From NCBI GenBank assembly GCA_965216635.1, contig OZ244188.1:1824001-1888000 (forward strand): a stretch of 64,000 nucleotides of DNA. The letters run 5' to 3'. Made by a program: the position numbers and the translations under genes. This DNA is from a bacterium. Lineage in GTDB: Bacteria > SAR324 > XYD2-FULL-50-16 > G965216635. Below are positions 21,165 to 32,200 of the stretch, one piece after another. Under the pieces are notes generated by a model. It did no database searches. It worked only from the letters and a program-made list of their open reading frames with translations, and was not told the DNA's origin. The stretch's first letter is position 1; each line of letters begins with the position of its first letter.

Positions 21165-21635
21165 TCACTTTATACCGTAATTTAGTTTTTTAATCTGGTT
21201 GATAAATAGTTCTTTTTTTGATGGAATGCCTACCTGCAATATAGAATGAGTCTTCCAATTATCAAATCGTTCTTCTATTGGAAAAGATCCAAGTACAGTA
21301 TCTTCTAAAATATCCTTAATATTCAAAGATTCAATTATGTTTGTCATAATGTGTTCATTTGTATATCCTCTTGCATCTAATCTACTTGTGGTTTCAAGAA
21401 GACAATCAAAACTTTCCCTAGAATTTTCTCCTGAGACAGCTAGTATTAAAGGTAAATCCATTGCTATTTTTTCAATGAATTTACTAAACATCCTCGTATC
21501 AACAATCTTATTTCTAATATATAAAGTAAGATTTGTATGCTGTAGTGAAACATCTGATTTATATTCCTTATATGAATTTAAAAAAGCAAACCTGATAGGC
21601 ATAGACATATATTCACCGATAATACTCCATTTCAT
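21165..21635 (-). CDS. Putative CdiI immunity protein
   Basis: ATGA overlap with the upstream toxin tip. Confidence 0.7.
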   Translation of the reverse strand: MKWSIIGEYMSMPIRFAFLNSYKEYKSDVSLQHTNLTLYIRNKIVDTRMFSKFIEKIAMDLPLILAVSGENSRESFDCLLETTSRLDARGYTNEHIMTNIIESLNIKDILEDTVLGSFPIEERFDNWKTHSILQVGIPSKKELFINQIKKLNYGIK

Positions 21636-22684
21636 TTTATATTATTATTTTTAATAAATTGATTAATGGTATTAATATTTCTTTGGGTATTACGAATAGT
21701 ATTCTCAACTTGGGACTTATATCTCATTTTTGATAACTTTTCAATATGCTCTAAATGAGTTTTTTTAGTACTTTCTAATGCTTTTAAAATAGATTTAGGA
21801 CCATCTTTTTTTAATTGTTTTTCTAAACTTTTATAAACTTTAGGATTAATATCTTTAGTTTTTTTAGCTATTTTTGCACCTTTATATGCATATTTTCCAC
21901 CTTTAATTATCCAGCCTCCTACTCCACCTAATACACCACCTATAGCCGCATCTATACCAACCTCTCCGTAATCAATATCTTCTGCAGCTTCTAAAAGAGA
22001 TTGATCTTCTACAATAACTCCTTCTGCGACCTGCTCTCCTACGCTCCACGCTGCACCTGATGCTGCTCCAACAGCAATGGCTATCAATACAGCACTTGTA
22101 AATATTAAATTATTTTCTATTGCGTTTTGGGCGGTGTCTGAGGCTACATTAAAATCTCCGCCTAAGGCGGATGTTCCGAATATAGCTGCTGTTGTGCCTG
22201 CTATTTTTACTAGCCGTTCATCTGTCTCGCTAAATTCTCCGTCTTGAATTAATGGATTTCCTACTGCTTCTCCTACTATTTCTCCTATAACTGCTCCTGC
22301 TGCACCTGATGCACATTCTCCAGCTTTAGCTGCTCCTACAGCACAACCTAACAGGGCGTGGGATGTTTTATGAGTAAGATAAGTGCTGACGCTATTTGTT
22401 GATTGTCCTCTGCTTTCCCAAGCATCTTGTTTTCTGTTTTCAATATACTGATCTCCTATAAAGTTTGCTCCTTCTTTGGCGGCTGTATCTATCGCTAGTG
22501 TTTTGTAAGCTTCTCCTAAATTATTCCAAAATTCACCACCACTTTCTCTATTTACTAGAGAGCTGACTCCTGTGTTTGTTGTAGTGTTGACTATACTCCT
22601 ATAATAGTTATCTGGGTTAGTATAGGTTGTTTTAAATCCATCTCCTCCCCATTTCTCTACTCCAGCGTCTACTCCATAAGTCAC
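21632..22684 (-). pseudogene. Orphan CdiA tip 1: DUF637-like/pre-toxin (IENN), hydrophobic entry region and helical toxin domain
   Basis: HKTSHALLGCAVGAAKAGECASGAAGA...AQNAIENN, a Gly-rich hydrophobic stretch and a basic C-terminal domain; no TPS or signal peptide. Confidence 0.8.
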
Positions 22685-22760
22685 TCCAGCAGAGATTGTT
22701 AGGAATTATAGGATTTATGATAGGATTCGTGGAGGTGATAGGAGAGACACTAATATAATA

Positions 22761-23765
22761 CTATTCAATTGTAACTGGTTTGTCGTTTTTATAAAAAATA
22801 TCAGATAAGTCTTTGCACTGTTCTAGCATCTCTTTCCCAAAAAATGATATTGAATCATGGACTCCATCACCAAATATTCCATTTTTAAAATTTTTTGTTA
22901 AAAAAAATGAATATTCAAAATCTGGAAAAATAGGAATGAACCATTCATCAGCATAATCAACTTTTTCAAAAGATAAGAATGGGTTAAATGAGTAACAAGG
23001 ATGACACCAGTCTAGTGCATACATCCTATCTTTTTTGTTTTTTGTTATAGATTGAAAAATATTTATAAATTTTTTTCCTGAATTTCTAATAAATTTTTCA
23101 GTGCAATTACGAGCAATATATTTAAAATATTCTTTAATATCGTAATGAATAACAGGTTGTGGTAGAGTGATACTGAAATCATCATAAACACTAGGTACAA
23201 ATAGAAGAGTATTCTTTACAAAATCCCATGCTAAATCGTCTGCTTCTTCATTTAATTCTTTCCAATTTGTCATATTATTTTTTACCATATAATTCTCTAT
23301 ATCAATACCGTGGAATCCTATTATTTTATGAACTGCATCTACAAATATAGCTGGACAGGGCCAAGAATTAAAATTTTTTGGTAAAAAAAATGTATAGCCT
23401 TTATTTGAAAAAACAGGGACTAACCATTTATCATATTTATCTTTTTCGAATGGTAATAGTGGATCAAAGGAATAACTCTCTCCTTCCCATTCTAACGCAT
23501 ACATTCTTTCTCCTTTTGCTATTTCTTTTAAAAGTTCCAAAATTTTATTTTCAAAACTTTGATAATTATTTTTGCAAAAACTAAAAATATAATTTTCTAT
23601 ATTGTAAAAATTAAAACCACAACAATTAATAGTAGATTGATAAACTCCATCTTTATTAGCTAAAAAGGGGTCTATGTGAGGTTCAAAGAAAAAAGTGTCT
23701 GGATTATAGATAAAATCCTGAATTAATTTTATAGTGTTTTTATCTAAAGGCTGCCAGTTTTTCAT
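22761..23765 (-). CDS. Tandem DUF2716-like domain protein, putative immunity protein
   Basis: Two internal copies of MYAL(E/D)W...YSF(D/N)P...W..P.F...Y.FFL.KNF; ATGA-coupled to the RNase fragment upstream. Confidence 0.7.
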   Translation of the reverse strand: MKNWQPLDKNTIKLIQDFIYNPDTFFFEPHIDPFLANKDGVYQSTINCCGFNFYNIENYIFSFCKNNYQSFENKILELLKEIAKGERMYALEWEGESYSFDPLLPFEKDKYDKWLVPVFSNKGYTFFLPKNFNSWPCPAIFVDAVHKIIGFHGIDIENYMVKNNMTNWKELNEEADDLAWDFVKNTLLFVPSVYDDFSITLPQPVIHYDIKEYFKYIARNCTEKFIRNSGKKFINIFQSITKNKKDRMYALDWCHPCYSFNPFLSFEKVDYADEWFIPIFPDFEYSFFLTKNFKNGIFGDGVHDSISFFGKEMLEQCKDLSDIFYKNDKPVTIE

Positions 23766-23958
23766 TTTATTTCTGTAAATTTTATATAGTGATCGTTTGT
23801 ATAGTATTTCTTTCCATTACTACCAATAACAACTCGTTTTTGTCCTCTTTTTTTAGGATCACTACTTTTACTAATATCATATTTTTTATAAGTGATTTGA
23901 TTGCCATTATTATCTACTCTAGGTAATTTTTATAAACTTCGTTTGTCATTTTTATTTA
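23762..23958 (-). pseudogene. Barnase/RNase Sa-like ribonuclease toxin tip, degenerate
   Basis: NKNDKRSL*KLPRVDNNGNQITYKKYDI...KRGQKRVVIGSNGKKYYTNDHYIKFTEIK*; not in the ORF track. Confidence 0.75.
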
Positions 23959-24058
23959 GATCTTAAAACACTCAACAATGATATAAAAAATCCCCTGTAC
24001 TCAGACTTAGATCTTAAAACACTCAACAATGATATAAAAAATCCCCTGTACCCAGACT
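23956..24058. repeat. 51-bp tandem duplication
   Basis: ttagatcttaaaacactcaacaatgatataaaaaatcccctgtac(t/c)cagac, twice. Confidence 0.9.
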
Positions 24059-24325
24059 GCGATATTTAATTTTAGTTTCTTTAAGTATTTCCTTTAGTTT
24101 TTTTGTAAGTTCTACACCTACTTTGTCTAATTTTTCTATTTCTTCCTCTCCATTTTTTTTACTAGGAGAGAAATAAATAATTTCTTTATATTGCGTATTC
24201 CATAAATACAGATCTCTTTTATATTTTTTAGGTAAATCAAGATTAAGGTTTATTAGGCTACTTTCATATTCATCAATTAGTATATGAGAATTATGATAAT
24301 CCGCTGATAAAATTAAATATTTCAT
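24023..24325 (-). CDS. Small putative orphan immunity protein
   Basis: 100 aa, MKYLILSADY...LYLWNTQY; located in the orphan array. Confidence 0.6.
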   Translation of the reverse strand: MKYLILSADYHNSHILIDEYESSLINLNLDLPKKYKRDLYLWNTQYKEIIYFSPSKKNGEEEIEKLDKVGVELTKKLKEILKETKIKYRSLGTGDFLYHC

Positions 24326-24378
24326 TTTTCTACAAGAAAAAAATTTATTCTAATAGTTTTTTAAACTGATATATTCTA

Positions 24379-24943
24379 TTATAGAAGGTTAGGATAAACT
24401 ATACGGTGAAAGCTATCGTGAGAGCTATTGTTCCATCTATAGTATTGAGGTTCGTTTTTTTTTATAGTAATTTTTTTTTTAATAAGGAAAAAAGATTGAT
24501 TAAACAAAGTTGTAGAATTTACCAGACCTAAAGTAATTTCTCTTTGCTGTTTTCCATTCAGAGGGATATAAATTTCTATTTTTTTTTTTTGGTCTCAAAC
24601 AAGCTACAAAATATTTATTGTATTTAAATTTTCTATGTATTTTTTCCATAAAATCAGACTTATCTTCAAACAAATAGATACATTCAGTTATACTTGCAGA
24701 CGTATATCGGGAAGTTCTATATTTTATTAGCACAAGTAAGGCTGTATCTGGCTTTTTTTCTCTATATTGATATTGCTTTTTTTGAGGAATCATTTTCGCC
24801 TTGTGTAATAGGGTAGGTTGTTCGGGTTTATGGCCACTAACTTCAAGAATTAACGCAAAAGGAGCATCACATCCTATTATAAGAAATGAAAATAAAATTA
24901 CTAAAACCTTCAAAAATATAGTTGTTTGAATTTTTGTTTTCAT
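24379..24943 (-). pseudogene. Lipoprotein paralogue 3, frameshifted in an A12 tract
   Basis: Lipobox IIGC. Removing one A from 24579-24590 restores IEIYIPLNGKQQREITLGL...PQYYRWNNSSHDSFHRIVYPNLL*, matching the paralogues. Confidence 0.75.
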
Positions 24944-25005
24944 AATATTTTGGTATTAGAGTTAGTTCTGTTAAAGAAAGGATTTTAGTTTGAATAGATT
25001 TATTA

Positions 25006-25578
25006 TTATGGGTAGTCTATGCGGTGAAAACTATTGTGATGAATATTATTCCATCTATAGTATTGAGGAATGTCTTTTTTTATGGTTATTTTTTTCTTTG
25101 TAAGGGCAAAGGCTAGGTAAAAAAAATCTTCAAAAAAACTAAGATCATTTCTTTCATCTTCAGAATTTATACGTATGAAATTAGGACCTAGGCCTAAGAT
25201 AAGTTCTCTTTCTTCTTTACCCTTTAAAGGGATGTGCATCTCTATTTTTTCACCTGGTTTTGCACAGGCTACAAAATATTTGTTGTGTTTAGCTTCTACA
25301 TATATTTTTTTAATAAAACTAGAATCATCCTCAAACAAATAGATGCAACCAGATTTTTTTCTGCCATAGTACTGGAATGTTTTATGTTTTATTAAAACAA
25401 GCAAAGCTGTATCTGGTTTTTGTTCTCTATACTTATACTGATGTTTTCTGTGGATTAGTTTAGCTTCAGATACTGACTGAGGTTTTTCGTAGTGAAATCC
25501 TGTACATCCTATTGCAAAAAATAGTGGTGAAATCGCCAAGAGTTTTAAAAATAGAACTATGTGAATTTTTATCTTCAT
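25006..25578 (-). CDS. Lipoprotein paralogue 2, putative immunity protein
   Basis: Lipobox AIGC; part of a 634-bp tandem duplication with 25640-26212. Confidence 0.8.
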   Translation of the reverse strand: MKIKIHIVLFLKLLAISPLFFAIGCTGFHYEKPQSVSEAKLIHRKHQYKYREQKPDTALLVLIKHKTFQYYGRKKSGCIYLFEDDSSFIKKIYVEAKHNKYFVACAKPGEKIEMHIPLKGKEERELILGLGPNFIRINSEDERNDLSFFEDFFYLAFALTKKKITIKKDIPQYYRWNNIHHNSFHRIDYP

Positions 25579-25639
25579 AATGTTTGGTATTAGAGTTTTT
25601 GCTGTTAAAGAAAGGATTTTAGTTTGAATAGATTTATTA

Positions 25640-26212
25640 TTATGGGTGGTCAGTGCGGTGAAAACTATTGTGATTAATATTATTCCATCTATAGTATTGA
25701 GGAATGTCTTTTTTTATGGTTATTTTTTTCTTTGTAAGGGCAAAGGCTAGGTAAAAAAAACCTTCAAAAAAACTAAGATCATTTCTTTCATCTTCAGAAT
25801 TTATACTTATTAAATTAGGACCTAGGCCTAAGATAAGTTCTCTTTCTTCTTTACCCTTTAAAGGGATGTGCATCTCTATTTTTTCACCTGGTTTTGCACA
25901 GGCTACAAAATATTTGTTGTGTTTAGCTTCTACATATATTTTTTTAATAAAACTAGAATCATCCTCAAACAAATAGATGCAACCAGATTTTTTTCTGCCA
26001 TAGTACTGGAATGTTTTATGTTTTATTAAAACAAGCAAGGCTGTATCTGGTTTTTGTTCTCTATACTTATGCTGATGTTTTCTGTGGATTAGTTTAGCTT
26101 CAGATACTGACTGAGGTTTTTCGTAGTGAAATCCTGCACATCCTATTGCAAAAAATAGTGGTGAAATCGCCAAGAGTTTTAAAAATAGAACTATGTGAAT
26201 TTTTATCTTCAT
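25640..26212 (-). CDS. Lipoprotein paralogue 1, putative cognate immunity protein of the TpsA
   Basis: First gene after tpsA; lipobox AIGC. Confidence 0.8.
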   Translation of the reverse strand: MKIKIHIVLFLKLLAISPLFFAIGCAGFHYEKPQSVSEAKLIHRKHQHKYREQKPDTALLVLIKHKTFQYYGRKKSGCIYLFEDDSSFIKKIYVEAKHNKYFVACAKPGEKIEMHIPLKGKEERELILGLGPNLISINSEDERNDLSFFEGFFYLAFALTKKKITIKKDIPQYYRWNNINHNSFHRTDHP

Positions 26213-26248
26213 AATATTTTTGTATTAGAATATAGAATATATTAGGAT

Positions 26249-29200
26249 TTAAGGATTTTCTGGAGGTAAAATACCAATAGAGCGAAGGTAGTCTTCTACA
26301 TTAAATACATTGTTTGGGGCAGATTCTGTTGATAAAGATTCAGAGGAAAGATACTCATACAATTCAGATACATTAGGAACTTCTAATTTTGGTTCTTCAA
26401 AGCGCCTGTCCCATTTCTCTACATTATCTTTAAAGAGTGCAACAGCAAATCCACCAAGGATCGTATCCGTTGCAGGTTTTTCAATTTTTACTTCGGAATA
26501 TTCTATTATAGGTTTTAGTAATTCTGCTTGTATATATCCTTCCGCAGATGCTATCCAAAAATTAGGATCTTCGGCAGTGTTGACGACTCCTTCCAATGTT
26601 CCTTCTGCTATAGCAGTTGAAAAATCATCAATTTTAAATCCTCCTAAATCACTTCCTTTTCTTGTTATGCTATTGATTACATTGGAACCTCCATAAACCA
26701 TAGCCGTAGCAAAAGGGGCGCATGCTGGACAATAAAATGTTATAGCTAGTACTGCTGCTTGTTGAGCTTCGGGGGTAACTCTAGAATGATTATAATCTAG
26801 ATTTAGATTAAATTCTGGTACAGAATTAAAATAAACTGGACTATTAGAGTTAGAGGCGGCTTCTTCAAACTGTCCTACATATTCATTTTTTCTAATTCTA
26901 TTTTGGGCATTTTCTTTTGATTCAGAGGAACATTCTTGAACTCGTTCCCACCCTCCGAAAAGATATTCTAAACTATAATTAGGATGTTTGAAACTAGAAT
27001 CAGTTGTTCGTTTGTATTTTGTTTTGCAATTAATTTTTTCTTCTTTCCCGTAATTTATTACAGTTCCTTGTGCAGAACTGTTTTCATCAATTTTACCTAA
27101 GCTTAAACGAAGAGCTCTTTGATCTAGTCGAGCATTTCCTTTTCTTTTATCTTTTTGATACAATAATCCTTTATTAAACTCTGTTGCATAATTAGTATTG
27201 TATTCAGCTATTGTTAGAAGTTCTAACAGTCCATTTTTAGAATGATATTTAAGGATATTTGTCTTGATATCTGCACCAATGACTATTCCTTGATTACCTT
27301 CTATGTAAATATTGTTTGCATTTGTGGTATAACCTTCGCTAGTATCATTCCACTGGTTAACTTCAACTCTATCTCCATCTCCCGTGCCGAAAAAAAAATC
27401 TAAAAACTCATTACTAGAATTAAGAAAACCTAACGGACCGTATGCTGGGTCATGATGAGTCACTTTTCTAGAATATTCATTTGTTCTTGGGTTTAAAAGC
27501 AATGCCTTTCCTCCTTTTGCGATAATACTTCCACTAAAAAAATCATTATGGCTTCTTACAAAAGCATTTCCACCTGCTTTTGCTTTAAAGTTTCCACTGC
27601 CAAGATTAATAGAAGAGTGTAGATAGGTTGTAGTATTCTCTTCTACTTCATAATAAGCACTCTTTGACTCTCTTCTGTTGCGAACAGCTAATCCATCAAC
27701 TACGATATTGTTTTCAGCATATACTGTATAATCTTGCCCATTGGTTGTAACATTTGCTCCTATTTGATTATAGTTTTGTCCTGCATAGACAAATCCTACC
27801 CCTTCGCTTTCTATACTAGCTGTAGTATAAACACCTCCAAAAGTTTGTCCACCTCCTGATTCACTATAGGCTAGGCTTTCTATATTTACATCTCTTATTC
27901 CAACTAAGGAGAAACCCCCTGTTCCTGCTTGTAGGTGAGAATAGTTATTGATATCTCCAGCGTACACAGTAAAACCATCGCTTGCTCTAAAGGTTCCACT
28001 ATTGACAAATTCTCCTCTTGATCTCAATGTGATAAGATAGATCTTTCTTACTAAGGCTATAAAATCAACTTCATCGTAAACTAAATTGTCTTCGGAAAGA
28101 CTTACAATAATTGCCTGTAAGTTCGCTTGTATTTCTGCAGCATTTTCATAAACAGATTCATCTTCATATTTTTTTATTTCAGCTTTTAGTTCTTTTATTT
28201 TGTCTTCTCTAGCTTGTTCAAAGGCTGCTTCAGCGGTATCCTTCTTCTCTTTTATTAAAGCTTCAAGTTCATCTTTTTGTTCATCGGTAAGGTTCTCGTA
28301 TAAATCATCTTCAGCTTTAGTCAATTCTAATGAATTATTTGCATTGCTTCCTACTGAAAGCATTCTATCAATAATATCTTGACTAAATTGATTTTTTTCT
28401 TTTTCATCTATTGGTTTTGTCGTATCTCCACGAACAACTACACTTATTCTTCTAGCAGAAAAAACACTCCCATCTGCGTCTATTTTTTCTCTGGTTAATT
28501 TAGAAATATAGAGTCTGGGAACCAGTATTTTTTTTCCATCTTTATCTAGCACATCTTTACCGTCAATTTGAAAAGGAACAAACCAAACAATATCTTTTGT
28601 TAGTAGGTCAATCTGATCTTCAGTTAAAGGCTTTCCAAATTCAAGATTTAAATCTTTCATTACATCAGCGGAATTACCTGAGAATGCATCAAACATATCA
28701 GCATAAGATAAATTTCCATCTTCTGCGTAAGCACTTAAACCTAATTGTGTAAGTTGTTCGTTGAAAATAGTTGTTTGCAATTCGGCGTCCGCAAATGATG
28801 TTTCTGACGTTTCGACAGGACAAACACCTGTTTGATTACAAAAATGGTCGGAACCAAAAAATTCTTCTAATCTTGTAAATATTGACCTTTTTTCTATAGT
28901 ATAGTTGTTACCATCAGAAGACAAATTGAAGCTAAAAAGAGGGTTAGAAGATAAGAATAAAGCATTAATAGCAACAGTTTGATTAGAAAAATTATTTTCT
29001 ACTTCGGCTACATCATTTCCATTACCAGCATCATTTTGTTCATTAGGAGTTTTCCCTTCTTGAAGGGTTCCATTGCTGAATAAATCAGTAAGAGAACCAC
29101 TAATATTTCCACCGCCATCCACAATAGATATTATTTCTCCTATATTTTCAGCTTTGTCTTGAGAGTAAGTATATTCATAAAATTCCCTCTCACATCTCCA

Positions 29201-32200
29201 TCTAAATTTAACTCCTTTCCAACTGAACTCTTTAATAAATCCACAGACATCTCTATAATGAGAATGAGTATGTATTTCACTAGATTTTTGAATTTTATAG
29301 CTAGGATTATTAAAACTACTTCCATCTATAGTCAAATTATTGGTATGTATATAAGAATAGTTATTACTGATATCTTTTTCTGCAACAAGTTTCATATTAC
29401 GACCAGAATAGATTCTTCCTCTGTTTTTTTCTAATTGAGAATGAATTGCTTCTTCAAAAACCCAATACCCGCGATCCTGATATCTTGGAAAAGTATCGTA
29501 TGTAACATCTTCAAATGGTTTATTTAGAATATTCTTGCTATGAATTTCTAAATCTTGTCTTGCTTCTATCCAACCTCCTTCGTTTGTAAAATCATTGGAT
29601 TTTAAGTAGCTTCCATCTGTGCTTACTCCTCCAGTAAACAATATATTGCCATAAGAATATATACTGCTTGTTGAATTATTATTAGTTTGATTGAGAAAAT
29701 TACCAGTAGTTTGAATATCTATATCACCAGCGATAATTAAATTTTTGTTGGTAAAGTTTTGAGTGACTATGTTAAGGTTGCTGCCTGTTTGTATTTCTTT
29801 TTCGTTTGTAGCATATTCTTTGATAACTAGGTTAAAGTCTCTATAGACAAAAATATTTCCTTTATTGGTGAAATTATCTGCAGTGACGCTATAATTATTT
29901 GCTTCAATATTAGCGTCATTAACAAAATTTTTTGTTATAATATCTAAAATATTGCCTCTAATTATTGCATTTTCTTTGTTTTTAAAACCATTTGTTGCTT
30001 TCAATGTAAATTGATTCGCACCGATTGTTGCGGTTTCTTTGTTTTCAAAATCGTTTGTTACTGTAAGTATAAGTTGTTGATATGCACTGATAGTTGAGTT
30101 TTCTCCTTGATTAGTAAAGTTAAATAGATTAGCGGTTATTTGGTTAGCAATAATCGTTGAGTTGTCGTTTAAGAAGTTGTTATTTACAGTAATATCTAAT
30201 GTACTACCTTTAATAGTTGCGTTATTTTGGTTAGTGAAATTGTTTGCGGTAAGATTCAAGTTATTTGCTTCAATCTTTGCTCCAATCAATGAAGTTTTAT
30301 TTTGATTTATAATATCATCTACGGAAATATCTAAAGTATCCCCTAAAATAATTCCTTGATTATAGAGATTAGCTCCATTAAAAATAAAATGATTTCCTAT
30401 AAATTCGGCAGAAGCATCAAAACTAGCAGAATTATGAACAGTGATATTTAGATTTTTATCAGCATATAAAGTTCCCGATTGGTTGTAGTTGTTAGTGGTG
30501 ATAGTAGCGTCTCCAAAAATAGAAAGACTACCTACTAAATTAGTGTTTGCTTGAGTAATAATTTCAAAATTTCTATCTGCCGTAATATCTCCCAATGTTG
30601 CAACTGAGGCTCTTATAGCGAAGTTTTCTGCCCTTAAATTGGAATGATTTTGAAAATCACCGTCAGTGCTTGCTGTTAATTTCCCATAAGCTAGGATTGA
30701 GTATAAGGAAATTCCTGCGGCATCTATATTGATATTCTTGCCTGCTTTAAAATCAGAATTTGAGCTGGTAGTCAATCCAGCTTGACTCGTAATGTGAATA
30801 TCTTGAGAGCTAGTAATATCGGTTAAATGTAATTTTCCTACAGAATTTATAGTTATATCTCCCGAAGAAGAAATAAAACTGCCTGCACTGTAAGTGCCTA
30901 ATCCAATTTCAGTACTAGTTAAAGTAATAGAATTAGCGTATAGGCTAGCTATAGGAGAAATATTAATGGCAAATTCTCCACTGACGGCAGCATTAGTAGA
31001 ATCTATGTTTGTATTGGCGTAGTTATACTTATAATTCCCACTAAAAATATTTAATTCTTTAGTTCTAATGGAAGTTTGAATATCATAATATCTAGAAGCT
31101 AGGTTTAAATTATCTACATATACACCATCTAATCCCGATCTTTTAATAATTTCTTCGCCATTAGGTATATAATTATCACCAGTATTGAGAATATAATTAT
31201 CACCAATGATAATTGTTCCAGAATCACCTATATTAAAATCTACAAGTTCTTGGGACAAATTAAAATTACTAGTGCCAGTGATTAAATCTACTCTATCTGT
31301 GTTGAGGAAACCACAACCAGAGCAGGTAATCCCATTAGGATTGGCAATAATTAAAGCTGCAGATTCTCCTAAAATTTCTCCTGTTCCTTCTAAGTATGTT
31401 TGATTATTACTTGTAATTTGATTTAAGATAATTTTAGCAGAATCATCGGTTACGTAATTAGGATTGGCATATATGGCTCCTGCTAGTATAGAGAGTTTTA
31501 ATACATCACTATTGTTGAAAACAATACCGTGGATGGGGATATGAAAAGATTCATAAGTATTATTGGAAAGTCCATTGGCATCTGGTTTTGCTATATTTAT
31601 TACATTGATAAGTCTTATGTCGTACTGTTGTATAGAGGTATTTGTAAATCCGTCAGTAATTATTTCACTAAATTCATAAAAATCAGCACGGGTTTCTAAT
31701 TTGTAAGTATTATTTTCGGATAAAGGTTGAATAGTAAAGCTAGAATCAAGATTGGGATTGTAACTATAACTTAAATCTTGAGTGGCAATAGTACTAAAAT
31801 TTATAGCAGTGAAATTATTAATTGGAATTACAGGAGTAGGAATATAAATTTCAGGGATAGTTGCAATATCTAGAGTGCTAGTAGGTGTTAATGAGATAGT
31901 GGGGGTGGAAATATAGGGGATAGTCTGGTTAAAAGCAATGCCTGTATCTATAGTGCCTGTATCTACTATATTTGCATAACTAGAGGTAGAGCTGTCGATA
32001 ATAATATTTCCATTATTGTAAAAATCATTTGTTATTATAAGAGTTAAATCACTTGCTTGAATATCTCCACTAGTTATCAAATCATTGTTTGTAGTGATGT
32101 TTAAGGAGTTAGCCTTAATATCTCCTGTTGTGTAGTTGTAAAAGTTAGTAGCGAAAACGTCTAGTGTATTAGCGATAATACTTCCATAATTATGATCACT

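Larger units (their letters stand above)
19283..22534. repeat. ~426-bp near-identical direct repeats (19283-19708 and 22109-22534) encoding the pre-toxin/IENN region
   Basis: Direct comparison at a constant 2826-bp offset; divergence starts right after the IENN codons. Confidence 0.9.

Noticed and set aside
25006..26212. Near-identical repeats as DGR template/variable regions
   Set aside because: Differences are not restricted to adenines, whole genes are duplicated, and no reverse transcriptase is present.
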